27,007 nucleotides of DNA from an uncultured Desulfurococcales archaeon (GTDB lineage: Archaea > Thermoproteota > Thermoprotei_A > Sulfolobales > WANQ01), in contig CAYPZO010000007.1 of assembly GCA_964415135.1 (NCBI GenBank), positions 1 to 27,007 of the forward strand. The letters run 5' to 3'. The position numbers and the translations under genes were made by a program. The stretch's first letter is position 1; every line of letters starts with the position of its first letter. The notes below the pieces were generated by a model. It was given only the letters and a program-made list of their open reading frames with translations, was not told the origin of the DNA and did not search any database. Shown here piece after piece: positions 1 through 8,812 of this stretch.

Positions 1-171
1 CATTATTTAAAACTAAAGGAGATTCAAGAAATAAGCAGGGATCTTTATAAGATACTACAATACAAGGTTGAAGAACTATATAGGAATGTAGTTGAAATAT
101 CAAGAGAAATAAATAGAGATAAAGAGTATTGGGACTTCATCATCTCATCGACTAACGGGTTCTCTTATTAG
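1..171 (+). CDS. 3' end of an unidentified CDS running in from the left edge (..HYLKLKEIQEISRDLYKILQYKVEELYRNVVEISREINRDKEYWDFIISSTNGFSY*)
   Basis: Frame +1 is open from base 1 to TAG at 169-171 with purine-rich coding-like codons; overlaps the cas4 3' end tail-to-tail by 20 nt. Confidence 0.7.
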   Translation, partial: HYLKLKEIQEISRDLYKILQYKVEELYRNVVEISREINRDKEYWDFIISSTNGFSY

Positions 172-760
172 GGCAAAGCACTGAAAACACGCAATATGAA
201 CACTCCCAACCCCATCTTGGTGCTTGCCTTGATGTTATTAATCCTAGTATCTCATATTCATCTACTCTCTCATTAACTCTATATTCTGTTATCCTATCAG
301 GAGTCAAGTATATTAGTATGGTTTCATTTAAGTCAAATAACCAATTATATATCTTAACCTGCATTACATGATGTTGAAGAGGTAAACCTAGATCACTTCT
401 AGCGTACTTTATCTCTACACCAATGCGTTGTTCATTATCTCTATATATTATGGCATCTATTCTACCTTTTACTACATAATCATCTACTTTCTTAGAACCT
501 TCAACTTCAATTTCAACACTACCATCCAGTAACTTAAGGTCTTTAGCCTCAACGAGTATTTGCTCAATGCCTTTATGAACTGCGTCTCCAAGTATAGTTG
601 AAGGATTATATATTTGTTGTAAAACGAGCTCTGGATATTTTAATTCATACTCCATTTTTAATGGGCATCTAACGAGATCTGTTACATAGAATTCCTTCTC
701 TTTCCTTAAGTGTTTCTTTGCATCTTCCAGCCTTAGCTTATATAGTATTTCCTGTATCAT
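152..760 (-). CDS. cas4: Stand-alone Cas4-family RecB-like exonuclease with predicted Fe-S cluster
   Basis: RCP (Cys1), GDAVH, GRID, EIK, QxxxY (QVKIY) and C-terminal ECSYC-x5-CP give the four-Cys Cas4 signature; no cas1/cas2 or array in the window. Confidence 0.85.
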   Translation of the reverse strand: MIQEILYKLRLEDAKKHLRKEKEFYVTDLVRCPLKMEYELKYPELVLQQIYNPSTILGDAVHKGIEQILVEAKDLKLLDGSVEIEVEGSKKVDDYVVKGRIDAIIYRDNEQRIGVEIKYARSDLGLPLQHHVMQVKIYNWLFDLNETILIYLTPDRITEYRVNERVDEYEILGLITSRQAPRWGWECSYCVFSVLCPNKRTR

Positions 761-2076
761 TTACCTCTCGCCCTCCTCCTTATGAATACCATATAAACTG
801 ATAACGCTACAGCTATAGATGATACTATAAGTGCAATCAATAATACTTGCTCTGTTGTTTTAAGCTCTTCTAATTCCTTACGAGGAATTATAACCAGTTT
901 ATCTAGCTCACTTACTCCTTCAGGTAATAGTAGTGCCGTAGTTTCATTACATCCTATTAGGCCTTTAATTTTAGTGCCTCCACGTATATTAAATACCTTA
1001 TCTTCAATTTGCAGCTTTAACATTACTGGTAAAGACCATTGTATTGAAGTTTTCTCAATGATCTTTCTTATTATTGATGGTAAACCCTCTACATCTACAC
1101 CTTTTGGTAGTAGTATAGTTATTGGTGTTGTCATTAAGCCTTCTACGCTTAAGTTCCCTCTATTTATGTAGTGTATTACTCCTATAGTTTGAGTATGTAG
1201 AATGGGGAAATCTACGGGTATATCTAATAGTAGCTCTCTACCTAGAACTAGGTGGAGGATTGCTTGTACTTCTTGAAGTGATGTATTATGTAAAATTATT
1301 GTTGAAATGCTTGTTAAGTTCATAGCTTCGCCACTAGTAGTTATCGTGTATATTGCTGTATGTACTTTATCCCTATGCTTTCCTAGTGCTAGAAATGTTA
1401 GTGTAGTATTAGTATCAAATAGATTATATAACATTAACTTTACTATATTGTTCTTGGACTTCAACGCCTTATTTAAGTCTAAGAATCCTCTTAACTTTAT
1501 TGTTGCACTCTTTCCTATTATGGTTATATTTACGTTAGTTAGTGTTATGAACTCTAATCCCAACTCTTTTAACTTATTATTTAGTTTATTTACATCGCTA
1601 ATATCGACTAGAATTTTTCTTTTATCGGGTTTTCCTGTAACATTTAACGTCATAGTACAAGTCGCATTTATCTTCGCTTTAGAACCTGTTATAAGTCCCA
1701 TGAAGTAAATGCTCATATTAGTATTCATGGTGTTGATAAGGATGAATCCTAATATCCTATACTTGTCATCTACGGGTTTAACTTCATACTTTAGAGTTAT
1801 TGATGAATATGATGCTTTAGGAACCTTAATGCTTAAACTCCTAATACATGAAATATTCAATGTATTGCCCGTCGAGGCTACGGTGACCACTCTCTTAATG
1901 TATTCCTGTTGTCCACTTGGCTTCTTAAATAATAGCATAGATAATGAATTATTACCTATATTTACCATAATGTACCCTTGCTCTAATTGCTTGAATTCGC
2001 CTAGTGAATTAACGCTTGGTAGAATAATTGAAGACAATACTAGTATCGCTATTAATAGCATCATAGGTCTATTCAA
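757..2076 (-). CDS. Secreted, C-terminally membrane-anchored protein of unknown function (439 aa)
   Basis: TTG start with GAGGTG SD; N-terminal hydrophobic signal (MMLLIAILVLSSIIL); many N-x-S/T sequons; C-terminal TM followed by RRRARGK; TGA overlaps the cas4 ATG (ATGA). Confidence 0.75.
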   Translation of the reverse strand: MNRPMMLLIAILVLSSIILPSVNSLGEFKQLEQGYIMVNIGNNSLSMLLFKKPSGQQEYIKRVVTVASTGNTLNISCIRSLSIKVPKASYSSITLKYEVKPVDDKYRILGFILINTMNTNMSIYFMGLITGSKAKINATCTMTLNVTGKPDKRKILVDISDVNKLNNKLKELGLEFITLTNVNITIIGKSATIKLRGFLDLNKALKSKNNIVKLMLYNLFDTNTTLTFLALGKHRDKVHTAIYTITTSGEAMNLTSISTIILHNTSLQEVQAILHLVLGRELLLDIPVDFPILHTQTIGVIHYINRGNLSVEGLMTTPITILLPKGVDVEGLPSIIRKIIEKTSIQWSLPVMLKLQIEDKVFNIRGGTKIKGLIGCNETTALLLPEGVSELDKLVIIPRKELEELKTTEQVLLIALIVSSIAVALSVYMVFIRRRARGK

Positions 2077-2162
2077 TGCTAGCTACACCTCTCAATCCCT
2101 AGTATTTTTCATAGAATTTAAAGAATTCCTACTACAACTAGAAACTACTTGGTGAATTATAG

Positions 2163-3131
2163 GTGATAATAGCATCAGCTCCCGCTAAGACAATACTTTT
2201 TGGCGAACACTTTGTCGTTAAAGGTTGTCCAGCCATAGCAATAGCATTAAACGTAAGGTCAAACGTGAAGGTGAGTGAACACGGTGATTTGAGCATTAAG
2301 GTTAAATCCTTAAACCTAGGAGAGGAAATGATCGTAGACCTAAACGGTAAACCAGTTAAGCTTAGTCCTAACTTAACTCCCTATACCAAGATCTTTGAAA
2401 TGCTAGCTAACTATTGTAATCTTAAGCAAGCCTACATCGAAATTAAGTCAGATATACCAATAGCAGCAGGACTTGGTTCTTCAGCCTCCATAGCTGTTGC
2501 TCTTACAGCAGCATACTCTAGATACCTAGGTTTAAGTCTGAACTTAGATGAAATATCTAGGATAGCTTATGAATCTGAGAAAATAGTGCATGGGAAACCC
2601 AGCGGTATCGATAATAGTATAGCAACTTATGGAGGAGGCATAGTATTTGAGAAGGGTAATATAAGGAGAATTAATATTGATAAGCTTAGTGAAGCATTCA
2701 TTATAATAGCTAATACTGGTGTTGAGCGGTCAACAAGAGATGCTGTTCTTAAAGTGCTTAGACTATATGATAAGTATGAGTCGATATTAATGCATGTTTA
2801 CGAAGCTTCACGAAACCTCGTTAATGAGGCTATAAAGCACATCGAGGAAGGTAATCTAAGGGAACTAGGAGAACTTATGAATATTAACCATGGACTATTA
2901 TCAGCTATCGGGGTTTCAATGCTTGAACTAGAGGAGTTGGTATATATTGCTAGGAAGGCAGGAGCACTGGGATCTAAGATTACTGGTGCAGGTTTAGGTG
3001 GATGCATAATAGCCTTATCTACAAAAGATAGTGTTGAGAAAGTAGAGAAAGCTCTAAAAGCGAAGGCAAAATGGGTATTAAAGGCGTCATTATCAATGGA
3101 TGGTGTTAGAGTTATGGAGAAGGAACATTAA
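2163..3131 (+). CDS. mvk: Mevalonate kinase (GHMP family)
   Basis: PAKTILFGEH, PIAAGLGSSAS, GKPSGID and KITGAGLGGC motifs; GTG start 7 nt after GGTGA. Confidence 0.93.
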   Translation: MIIASAPAKTILFGEHFVVKGCPAIAIALNVRSNVKVSEHGDLSIKVKSLNLGEEMIVDLNGKPVKLSPNLTPYTKIFEMLANYCNLKQAYIEIKSDIPIAAGLGSSASIAVALTAAYSRYLGLSLNLDEISRIAYESEKIVHGKPSGIDNSIATYGGGIVFEKGNIRRINIDKLSEAFIIIANTGVERSTRDAVLKVLRLYDKYESILMHVYEASRNLVNEAIKHIEEGNLRELGELMNINHGLLSAIGVSMLELEELVYIARKAGALGSKITGAGLGGCIIALSTKDSVEKVEKALKAKAKWVLKASLSMDGVRVMEKEH

Positions 3132-3185
3132 TTAATCTTAAATTACCACTATATCCTATAGTCTAGTTAAGTAGAGGGGAGATAT

Positions 3186-3413
3186 ATGGGTAGAGTATCT
3201 AAAGGTGCAAGATGCTGTGTTGAGGGATGTAATGAGAGGGCAACACATTCTGTAAGTTTCGTTGAAGCACAAGTACTTTCAACACAGGGATTAAGAGTAG
3301 TATCAACGGATGGAAGAAGAGCATACCTATGTGAGAAACACTACAAGCTCTACAAGAAGCTTAAGAAAAAGCAGGAAAGACTTGAACGTTGGAGGATGAG
3401 GGCAGGAATATAA
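3186..3413 (+). CDS. Small basic C2CH zinc-finger protein (75 aa)
   Basis: C10-x4-C15 ... C49-x2-H52 and a Lys/Arg-rich C-terminal helix; ATG with GAGGGGAG SD. Confidence 0.8.
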   Translation: MGRVSKGARCCVEGCNERATHSVSFVEAQVLSTQGLRVVSTDGRRAYLCEKHYKLYKKLKKKQERLERWRMRAGI

Positions 3414-3428
3414 GGTGTTTTTCCATGA

Positions 3429-3442
3429 GTAAACTTTAAATA
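3429..3442 (+). promoter_or_regulatory. Probable BRE/TATA box of leuS
   Basis: GTAAAC followed by TTTAAATA (3435-3442), about 25 nt upstream of a GTGAGGG SD-like motif. Confidence 0.5.
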
Positions 3443-3478
3443 CTACTAGCTAAGCGATGTGTAAGTGAGGGAACGTAT

Positions 3479-6400
3479 ATTGTTGAAGTCAAAGTCAATA
3501 TAAATGTAAAACCCATAAATGAGTTCGCTAAGCTACTTATAGATATAGCTCATAAATGGCAAAAAGCCTGGATGGAACACAGGCTCTTTGAAGCAAATCC
3601 CGACCCCAAGAAACCTAAGTTCTTCCTTACAGCAGCATTTCCATACCCAAATGGACCAGTACACATGGGGCATGCAAGAACATATACCATACCAGACGTA
3701 CTGGCGCGATTTAAGAGAATGCAGGGATACAATGTCCTATTCCCGATGGGATTCCACTACACAGGTACACCAATTATAGCAATAGCAGATGCCATTGCTA
3801 GGGGAGAGAAAAGCTGGATAAACCTCTTTGTGAACGTATTTGGAGTACCTAAGGAAGAACTAGAAAAATTCAAAGAACCGCTTTACATGGCTAGATACTT
3901 CCATGAAGTCAGCAAAATCTCAATGATTGACGCAGGCTATAGTATTGATTGGAGAAGAGAATTCGCTACCATAGACCCACAATTTAGTAAGTTCATACAC
4001 TGGCAATTCCAGAAGCTAAAGGAGAAGGGATTCATAGTTCAAGGAACACATCCGGTTGGTTGGTGTCCTAGAGATAAAATGCCCGTAAGCATGCATGATA
4101 CAAAAGACGATGTCGAACCAGAGATAGGGGAATTCGTACTACTATACTTTAAGGATAAGGATGGAGTAATATACCCTGCAGCAACCCTAAGACCAGAAAC
4201 TGTCTTTGGAGCAATTAATGTATGGGTTAACCCCAACGCAACATACGTTAAAGCAAAAGTAGACAACGAGATATGGGTTATAAGTGAGGATACAGCATAT
4301 AGACTAACATTCCAGTTGAGAAAAGTTGAAGTTATTGAGAAGTTCAAGGGGGAGAAACTACTTGGACTAAGGTTAAGAAACCCTGTAACAGGAGAATACG
4401 TACCCGTACTTCCAGCAACATTTGTTGACCCCAAGATGGGTACAGGAATAGTAATGAGTGTACCAGCACATGCCCCATACGATTACGCAGCACTAATGGG
4501 CTTAAAGCCTTCAGACTTATCAAAGTATAATGTTAAACCTGAAGAACTTAAACCTAGACCATTAATAAAAGTTAAAGGCTATAGCGATATACCAGCAAAA
4601 GACGTCATCGAGAAACTCGAAGTTAAAAGCCAAGAAGATAGAGAGAAACTCGATGAGGCAACCAAGGAGGTCTATGGAGCTGAATTCAAGTACGGCGTTA
4701 TGAGAGACGACATAATACAGTACGTAGCTAAGGACATACCAGAACCAGCTAGAAGCTACATAATAGGATTCGTAAAGTCATGGATTGTAGGAAAACCAGT
4801 AAGTGAAGCTAGAGAAAACATAGCTAAATGGCTTGAAGCATCAGGACTTGCAAGCAGGATGTACGAAATAGTGAACAAGCCAGTATATTGTAGATGTGGA
4901 GCTGAAGTAGTTGTAAAGATACTCGAAGACCAATGGTTCATAGACTACGGCATTGAGGAATGGAAGCAACTTGCACGAGAAGCATTAAAGCAAATGAGAA
5001 TAGTCCCAGAAGAATACAGGTCAAACTTTGAATACACTATAGAATGGATTAAGAGAAGAGCATGTGCAAGAACTCGCGGACTTGGAACAAAACTACCATG
5101 GGTTGATGGGTGGATTATTGAGAGTCTCAGTGATTCAACAATATACATGGCGTACTACACTATAGCACATAAGATTAAGGAATACAAGCTAAAACCAGAG
5201 CAATTAACCTACGAATTCTGGAACTACGTAATGTTAGGAGAAGGAGACGTAAACAAAGTGTCCAAGAAAACTGGAATACCAGTAAAAATCCTCGAAGAAC
5301 TAAGAAATGAATTCGACTACTGGTATCCACTAGACTCAAGACATAGCGGTAAAGACCTAATACCAAATCACTTAACATTCTTCATCTACAATCACGTAGC
5401 CATATTTCCAAGAGAAAAGTGGCCTAGACAAATAGTTGTTAATGGATGGATAACGGTAGGAGGACAAAAGATGAGTAAAAGCCTTGGAAACATCCTGCCA
5501 ATACTATTCGTTAATAGAAAGTATAGCCCAGACGTAGTTAGACTATCACTAATGATAACAGCGGAAGTAGGTCAAGACGGAGACTTTAACGAAGAACTAG
5601 CTAGAAGCGTACTCGACCACTTAAAGAGAATATATGATTTCACACAAAAAGTAAAGGACATGATATGTTACGAGAAACCAGGCAAGCTAGAAGACATAGA
5701 CATTTGGATACTAAACAGGATGCAGAAGCACATAGTGAAGGTAACAGAATCACTAGAAAATGTAAGATTAAGAGAAGCAGCCAACACAATATTCTATATA
5801 ATATATGATGACATCAAGAAGTACATGGATAGAGTTAAGTATCACCTAAACATACCTGAAAGGAGAAAGACCATAGGATGGGTTATAGGGAAAATAGTAA
5901 ACACGTGGATAAGGATGATGGCACCCTATACACCACATCTAGCTGAAGAACTATGGCAAATCATTGGAGGAAAAGGATTCGTCTCCATAGCTCCTTGGCC
6001 TAAAGTTGAAGAAGAATATCTCAGCCCTGAAGTGGAGGTTAAAGAAGAATACATTGAAAGAGTCATACATGACATAGATGAAATAATCAAGGTTATAAAG
6101 AAGAAACCTAGCAAAGTCTACATATATGTCGCTCCAATAGAAATGTATGAACCACTCCAACAAGCCATAAAGTTCGTTGAAGAGTCAAAACCATTAAAAG
6201 ACTTCATAAGATTCATGGTAAGCACAGCTAAAGATAAGAGAAGAGCTGCTGAACAAGCAAAGAAAATATACTCATTAGCACTAGACATACCACCACACAT
6301 TAGAGATATATTAAAACAAGTAAAGATAGATGAGCTCAAAGCATTAACAAGTGCGCTAGATTACATTAAGGGAAAGATAGGAGTACAGGAAATACACGTC

Positions 6401-6487
6401 TATAGCTCAATAGACAAAAAAGCACCCGATCCAGGAAAGAGGAAACACCTAGCATTACCATTTAGACCTGCAATATACGTTGAATAG
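3479..6487 (+). CDS. leuS: Leucine--tRNA ligase, archaeal type. True start is upstream of the ORF-track Met at 3572; 3479 (ATT) is a putative start, 3515 (ATA) an alternative
   Basis: AAFPYPNGPVHMGH (HIGH), CP1 editing motifs ATLRPET and GTGIVMSVPAHAPYD, KMSKS; the conserved KWQxxW segment lies upstream of 3572 in frame. Confidence 0.96.
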   Translation: MVEVKVNINVKPINEFAKLLIDIAHKWQKAWMEHRLFEANPDPKKPKFFLTAAFPYPNGPVHMGHARTYTIPDVLARFKRMQGYNVLFPMGFHYTGTPIIAIADAIARGEKSWINLFVNVFGVPKEELEKFKEPLYMARYFHEVSKISMIDAGYSIDWRREFATIDPQFSKFIHWQFQKLKEKGFIVQGTHPVGWCPRDKMPVSMHDTKDDVEPEIGEFVLLYFKDKDGVIYPAATLRPETVFGAINVWVNPNATYVKAKVDNEIWVISEDTAYRLTFQLRKVEVIEKFKGEKLLGLRLRNPVTGEYVPVLPATFVDPKMGTGIVMSVPAHAPYDYAALMGLKPSDLSKYNVKPEELKPRPLIKVKGYSDIPAKDVIEKLEVKSQEDREKLDEATKEVYGAEFKYGVMRDDIIQYVAKDIPEPARSYIIGFVKSWIVGKPVSEARENIAKWLEASGLASRMYEIVNKPVYCRCGAEVVVKILEDQWFIDYGIEEWKQLAREALKQMRIVPEEYRSNFEYTIEWIKRRACARTRGLGTKLPWVDGWIIESLSDSTIYMAYYTIAHKIKEYKLKPEQLTYEFWNYVMLGEGDVNKVSKKTGIPVKILEELRNEFDYWYPLDSRHSGKDLIPNHLTFFIYNHVAIFPREKWPRQIVVNGWITVGGQKMSKSLGNILPILFVNRKYSPDVVRLSLMITAEVGQDGDFNEELARSVLDHLKRIYDFTQKVKDMICYEKPGKLEDIDIWILNRMQKHIVKVTESLENVRLREAANTIFYIIYDDIKKYMDRVKYHLNIPERRKTIGWVIGKIVNTWIRMMAPYTPHLAEELWQIIGGKGFVSIAPWPKVEEEYLSPEVEVKEEYIERVIHDIDEIIKVIKKKPSKVYIYVAPIEMYEPLQQAIKFVEESKPLKDFIRFMVSTAKDKRRAAEQAKKIYSLALDIPPHIRDILKQVKIDELKALTSALDYIKGKIGVQEIHVYSSIDKKAPDPGKRKHLALPFRPAIYVE

Positions 6488-6488
6488 A

Positions 6489-7199
6489 CTAAATGTTAAG
6501 TAGTATGTAACCTCCCTCTATTTTTACATATTTTTTATCAACGAGCTCTTGTAGTATTTTCCTCGCATACCTCTTATCTATTTTTAAACTTCCCATTAAC
6601 ACATATATGGCATCCTTAGTAGTTATTGTACCATACTCCATTATACTATCCCTTAAAGCATTTAATGCCTTACCCAGAATTCCTCTTGGTGTTTGTAGCA
6701 ATAAACGTATACCAGTAGGCTCAATACATATCCTTATAGCCTCGTTTAGATACGTTAATAGATATTCTCTACCATAGGCATGTTTAAGGTATGCTATTCT
6801 AAATCTTAGCATTTTCCTTAAGTTACCTATCCTACTACATGTTGCAAATAATATTCTTGAAGAACTTCTCTTTAAACTACTTATACATTGCTCGTCTACA
6901 TTAAAGACTAGAATACTTGGTACTTTCTTAACATTATCAAGAGGTAGTATGCATTTATTAAAAATCTTAACAATATCCAATGCGTTTACAACACCATATC
7001 TTTTAGCAATATTATCTAATACTTCTACTCTGTATAATCCAGTATTATCAATTAATATTATTGGCTTGCCCCTATACTTAACTAGCTTAATAGCTACTTC
7101 ACTTATGAAAATCATATTAGCTGACGAGTAAGGGGATAATAAGAATACTCTTACCCCATTAACAACGTCTTGAATGAGCTTTGGTTCATGTCTTTGCAT
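6489..7199 (-). CDS. RadB/RecA-superfamily-like protein with degenerate Walker A and a C-terminal winged helix
   Basis: SPYSSANM in place of GPxxSGKT; IILIDNTGLYRVEVL resembles the RadB/RadA YIDTEGxFxPERL motif; C-terminal ~65 aa has a wHTH-like pattern. Confidence 0.6.
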   Translation of the reverse strand: MQRHEPKLIQDVVNGVRVFLLSPYSSANMIFISEVAIKLVKYRGKPIILIDNTGLYRVEVLDNIAKRYGVVNALDIVKIFNKCILPLDNVKKVPSILVFNVDEQCISSLKRSSSRILFATCSRIGNLRKMLRFRIAYLKHAYGREYLLTYLNEAIRICIEPTGIRLLLQTPRGILGKALNALRDSIMEYGTITTKDAIYVLMGSLKIDKRYARKILQELVDKKYVKIEGGYILLNI

Positions 7200-7257
7200 C
7201 AGCGTAGCTCAGCCTCTTCATCCCTCTACGGTTCGAGCCCAGCTTTCTCATCAGCTA
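7196..7257 (-). ncRNA. C/D box methylation-guide sRNA
   Basis: Minus strand: C box CTGATGA (7254-7248), guide GAAAGCTGGGC, D' TCGA (variant), C' GGATGA, guide AGAGGCTGAGCTACG, D box CTGA (7202-7199). The D guide is complementary to the tRNA D-arm sequence CGUAGCUCAGCCU. Confidence 0.75.
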
Positions 7258-7284
7258 ATGAAAATATTATTTTTCACCAATATT

Positions 7285-8280
7285 TTAAACTTGCTCGCTT
7301 TCCTCAACGGGTTTCTCTTCTACTCCATAGCTTTTAGCTCCAAAGACCTCAGTCAATATAAGTGAAGCGGTATGTGGAGGTATTATTCCTATCTCGGTTA
7401 TTATTGCTGTAATGTATTCTGGTGGCGTTACATCGAAAACTGGGTTAAAGACCCTAATATTAGGATGTTTATCTAACCATTCCCTGCTAACTATTTCGGC
7501 TGGACTTCTCTCCTCAATAACTATCAATTCGCCTATCAAGGTCATGGGACTAAACTTATAGGTTTCAGCTGCTACATAAAATGGAACTGAATACTTGTAG
7601 GCAACTAATGCTACCTGGCTTGTTCCAATCTTATTAACGACAGCACCATTACTTGCAATAGCATCTGCACCAACAAATACCTTATCAACCTTACGCATAA
7701 CCGAGGCAACAGCTGAATCGGGTATTAATGTAACGTCAATACCATAACTACTTAAATCCCTATAGGTTATCCTACCCTGAAATCTAGGTCTAGTTTCATC
7801 AGCATAAACCTTAAACTCCCTGCCCTTATCCTTAGCCTTCTTAAGTACCGAAACTACTGCTGTGCTATGGCAATGAGTTAATACTACATCTCCATCCTCT
7901 ATAAGCCTAGACCCTATTTCACCAATAGTTCCAACAGCAATATTACTCATTTGAATAAACTCATCGGCAACTTCAATAACCACCTTCCTTAAATAATCAA
8001 CACTAATAGCCTTAGCTGACTTCAACCTACGCATAACATAGGATACTGCATTAGGTAAACTAACAGCTGTAGGACGAGTACTTAACAGCAACTTAGATAC
8101 GTTCTCCATAAAGCTAAGGAAATCATCTGCATCCACTCCACTGTATTTCTCAGCTGCTATTTTCATAGCCTTAGCAGCAGCTCTAGCAATTCTACCTGCA
8201 CCACGAATCCTCATCTCCCTAATATCATCTGCAATAACCAATACCTCATCGGGAATATTACTCAGCCCAGCTTCTCCCAA
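7285..8280 (-). CDS. e2b2: Ribose-1,5-bisphosphate isomerase (IF-2B-like family)
   Basis: IRGAGRIA, RPTAVSLPNA, THCHS (catalytic Cys), ETRPRFQG, VGADAI (catalytic Asp), NKIGT, FDVTP; TTG start with GAGGT SD. Confidence 0.88.
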   Translation of the reverse strand: MGEAGLSNIPDEVLVIADDIREMRIRGAGRIARAAAKAMKIAAEKYSGVDADDFLSFMENVSKLLLSTRPTAVSLPNAVSYVMRRLKSAKAISVDYLRKVVIEVADEFIQMSNIAVGTIGEIGSRLIEDGDVVLTHCHSTAVVSVLKKAKDKGREFKVYADETRPRFQGRITYRDLSSYGIDVTLIPDSAVASVMRKVDKVFVGADAIASNGAVVNKIGTSQVALVAYKYSVPFYVAAETYKFSPMTLIGELIVIEERSPAEIVSREWLDKHPNIRVFNPVFDVTPPEYITAIITEIGIIPPHTASLILTEVFGAKSYGVEEKPVEESEQV

Positions 8281-8348
8281 TGCTTATTAACCTCTAATAT
8301 TATTTTTAGACTTCAGTAGAGCTTAATAAAGATGAAAGGTGCCACATA

Positions 8349-8771
8349 TTGATAAGTAAACTACTAGAACTAATTAGAAAGGAGCTAGATAACATAGTAT
8401 TAAGTAACTGCTACTACATTTGTAAAGAAACTAGCATTGAAGAAGTAAAGTCAGAAATAAACTCAGCATTTAAGGCTACCCAAGGTGAAGGAAAAGAAAT
8501 AGTAGAATTAAGTCCATGCTCTTCATGCATTATAAAAGAGCTTGTATCTTACCTAAATACAAAAACATACATAGCATTATCACCAAGCGGCTCAACAATA
8601 GAATACTATGACCTCAAATCAGTAATAATTGAAATACAGGGAGAGGAAAACCCCATAGCACTAATTATACCAAAGGAATTAATGAACGAGAGACTAAACG
8701 AATTAAGAATGCAAGCAATGATAACTATAGATGATGAAGAAAATATAAAGAAAATACTTGATATAGATTAA
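8349..8771 (+). CDS. Hypothetical protein (140 aa) with CxxxC and CxxC
   Basis: TTG start 7 nt after AAGGTG; coding-like composition; family not recognised. Confidence 0.7.
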   Translation: MISKLLELIRKELDNIVLSNCYYICKETSIEEVKSEINSAFKATQGEGKEIVELSPCSSCIIKELVSYLNTKTYIALSPSGSTIEYYDLKSVIIEIQGEENPIALIIPKELMNERLNELRMQAMITIDDEENIKKILDID

Positions 8772-8812
8772 CTACTAGTACTAGACTTAAAATTAGGTAA
8801 AGGTCAGCAAAA

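Noticed and set aside
1-2200. CRISPR-Cas locus around cas4
   Set aside because: No repeat-spacer array or other cas gene is visible; the flanks are a convergent CDS and a surface protein.
7201-7247. tRNA-like sequence on the + strand (GTAGCTCAGCC ... GGTTCGAGCCC)
   Set aside because: Too short, with no acceptor or anticodon stems; better explained as the antisense of a C/D sRNA with tRNA-directed guides.
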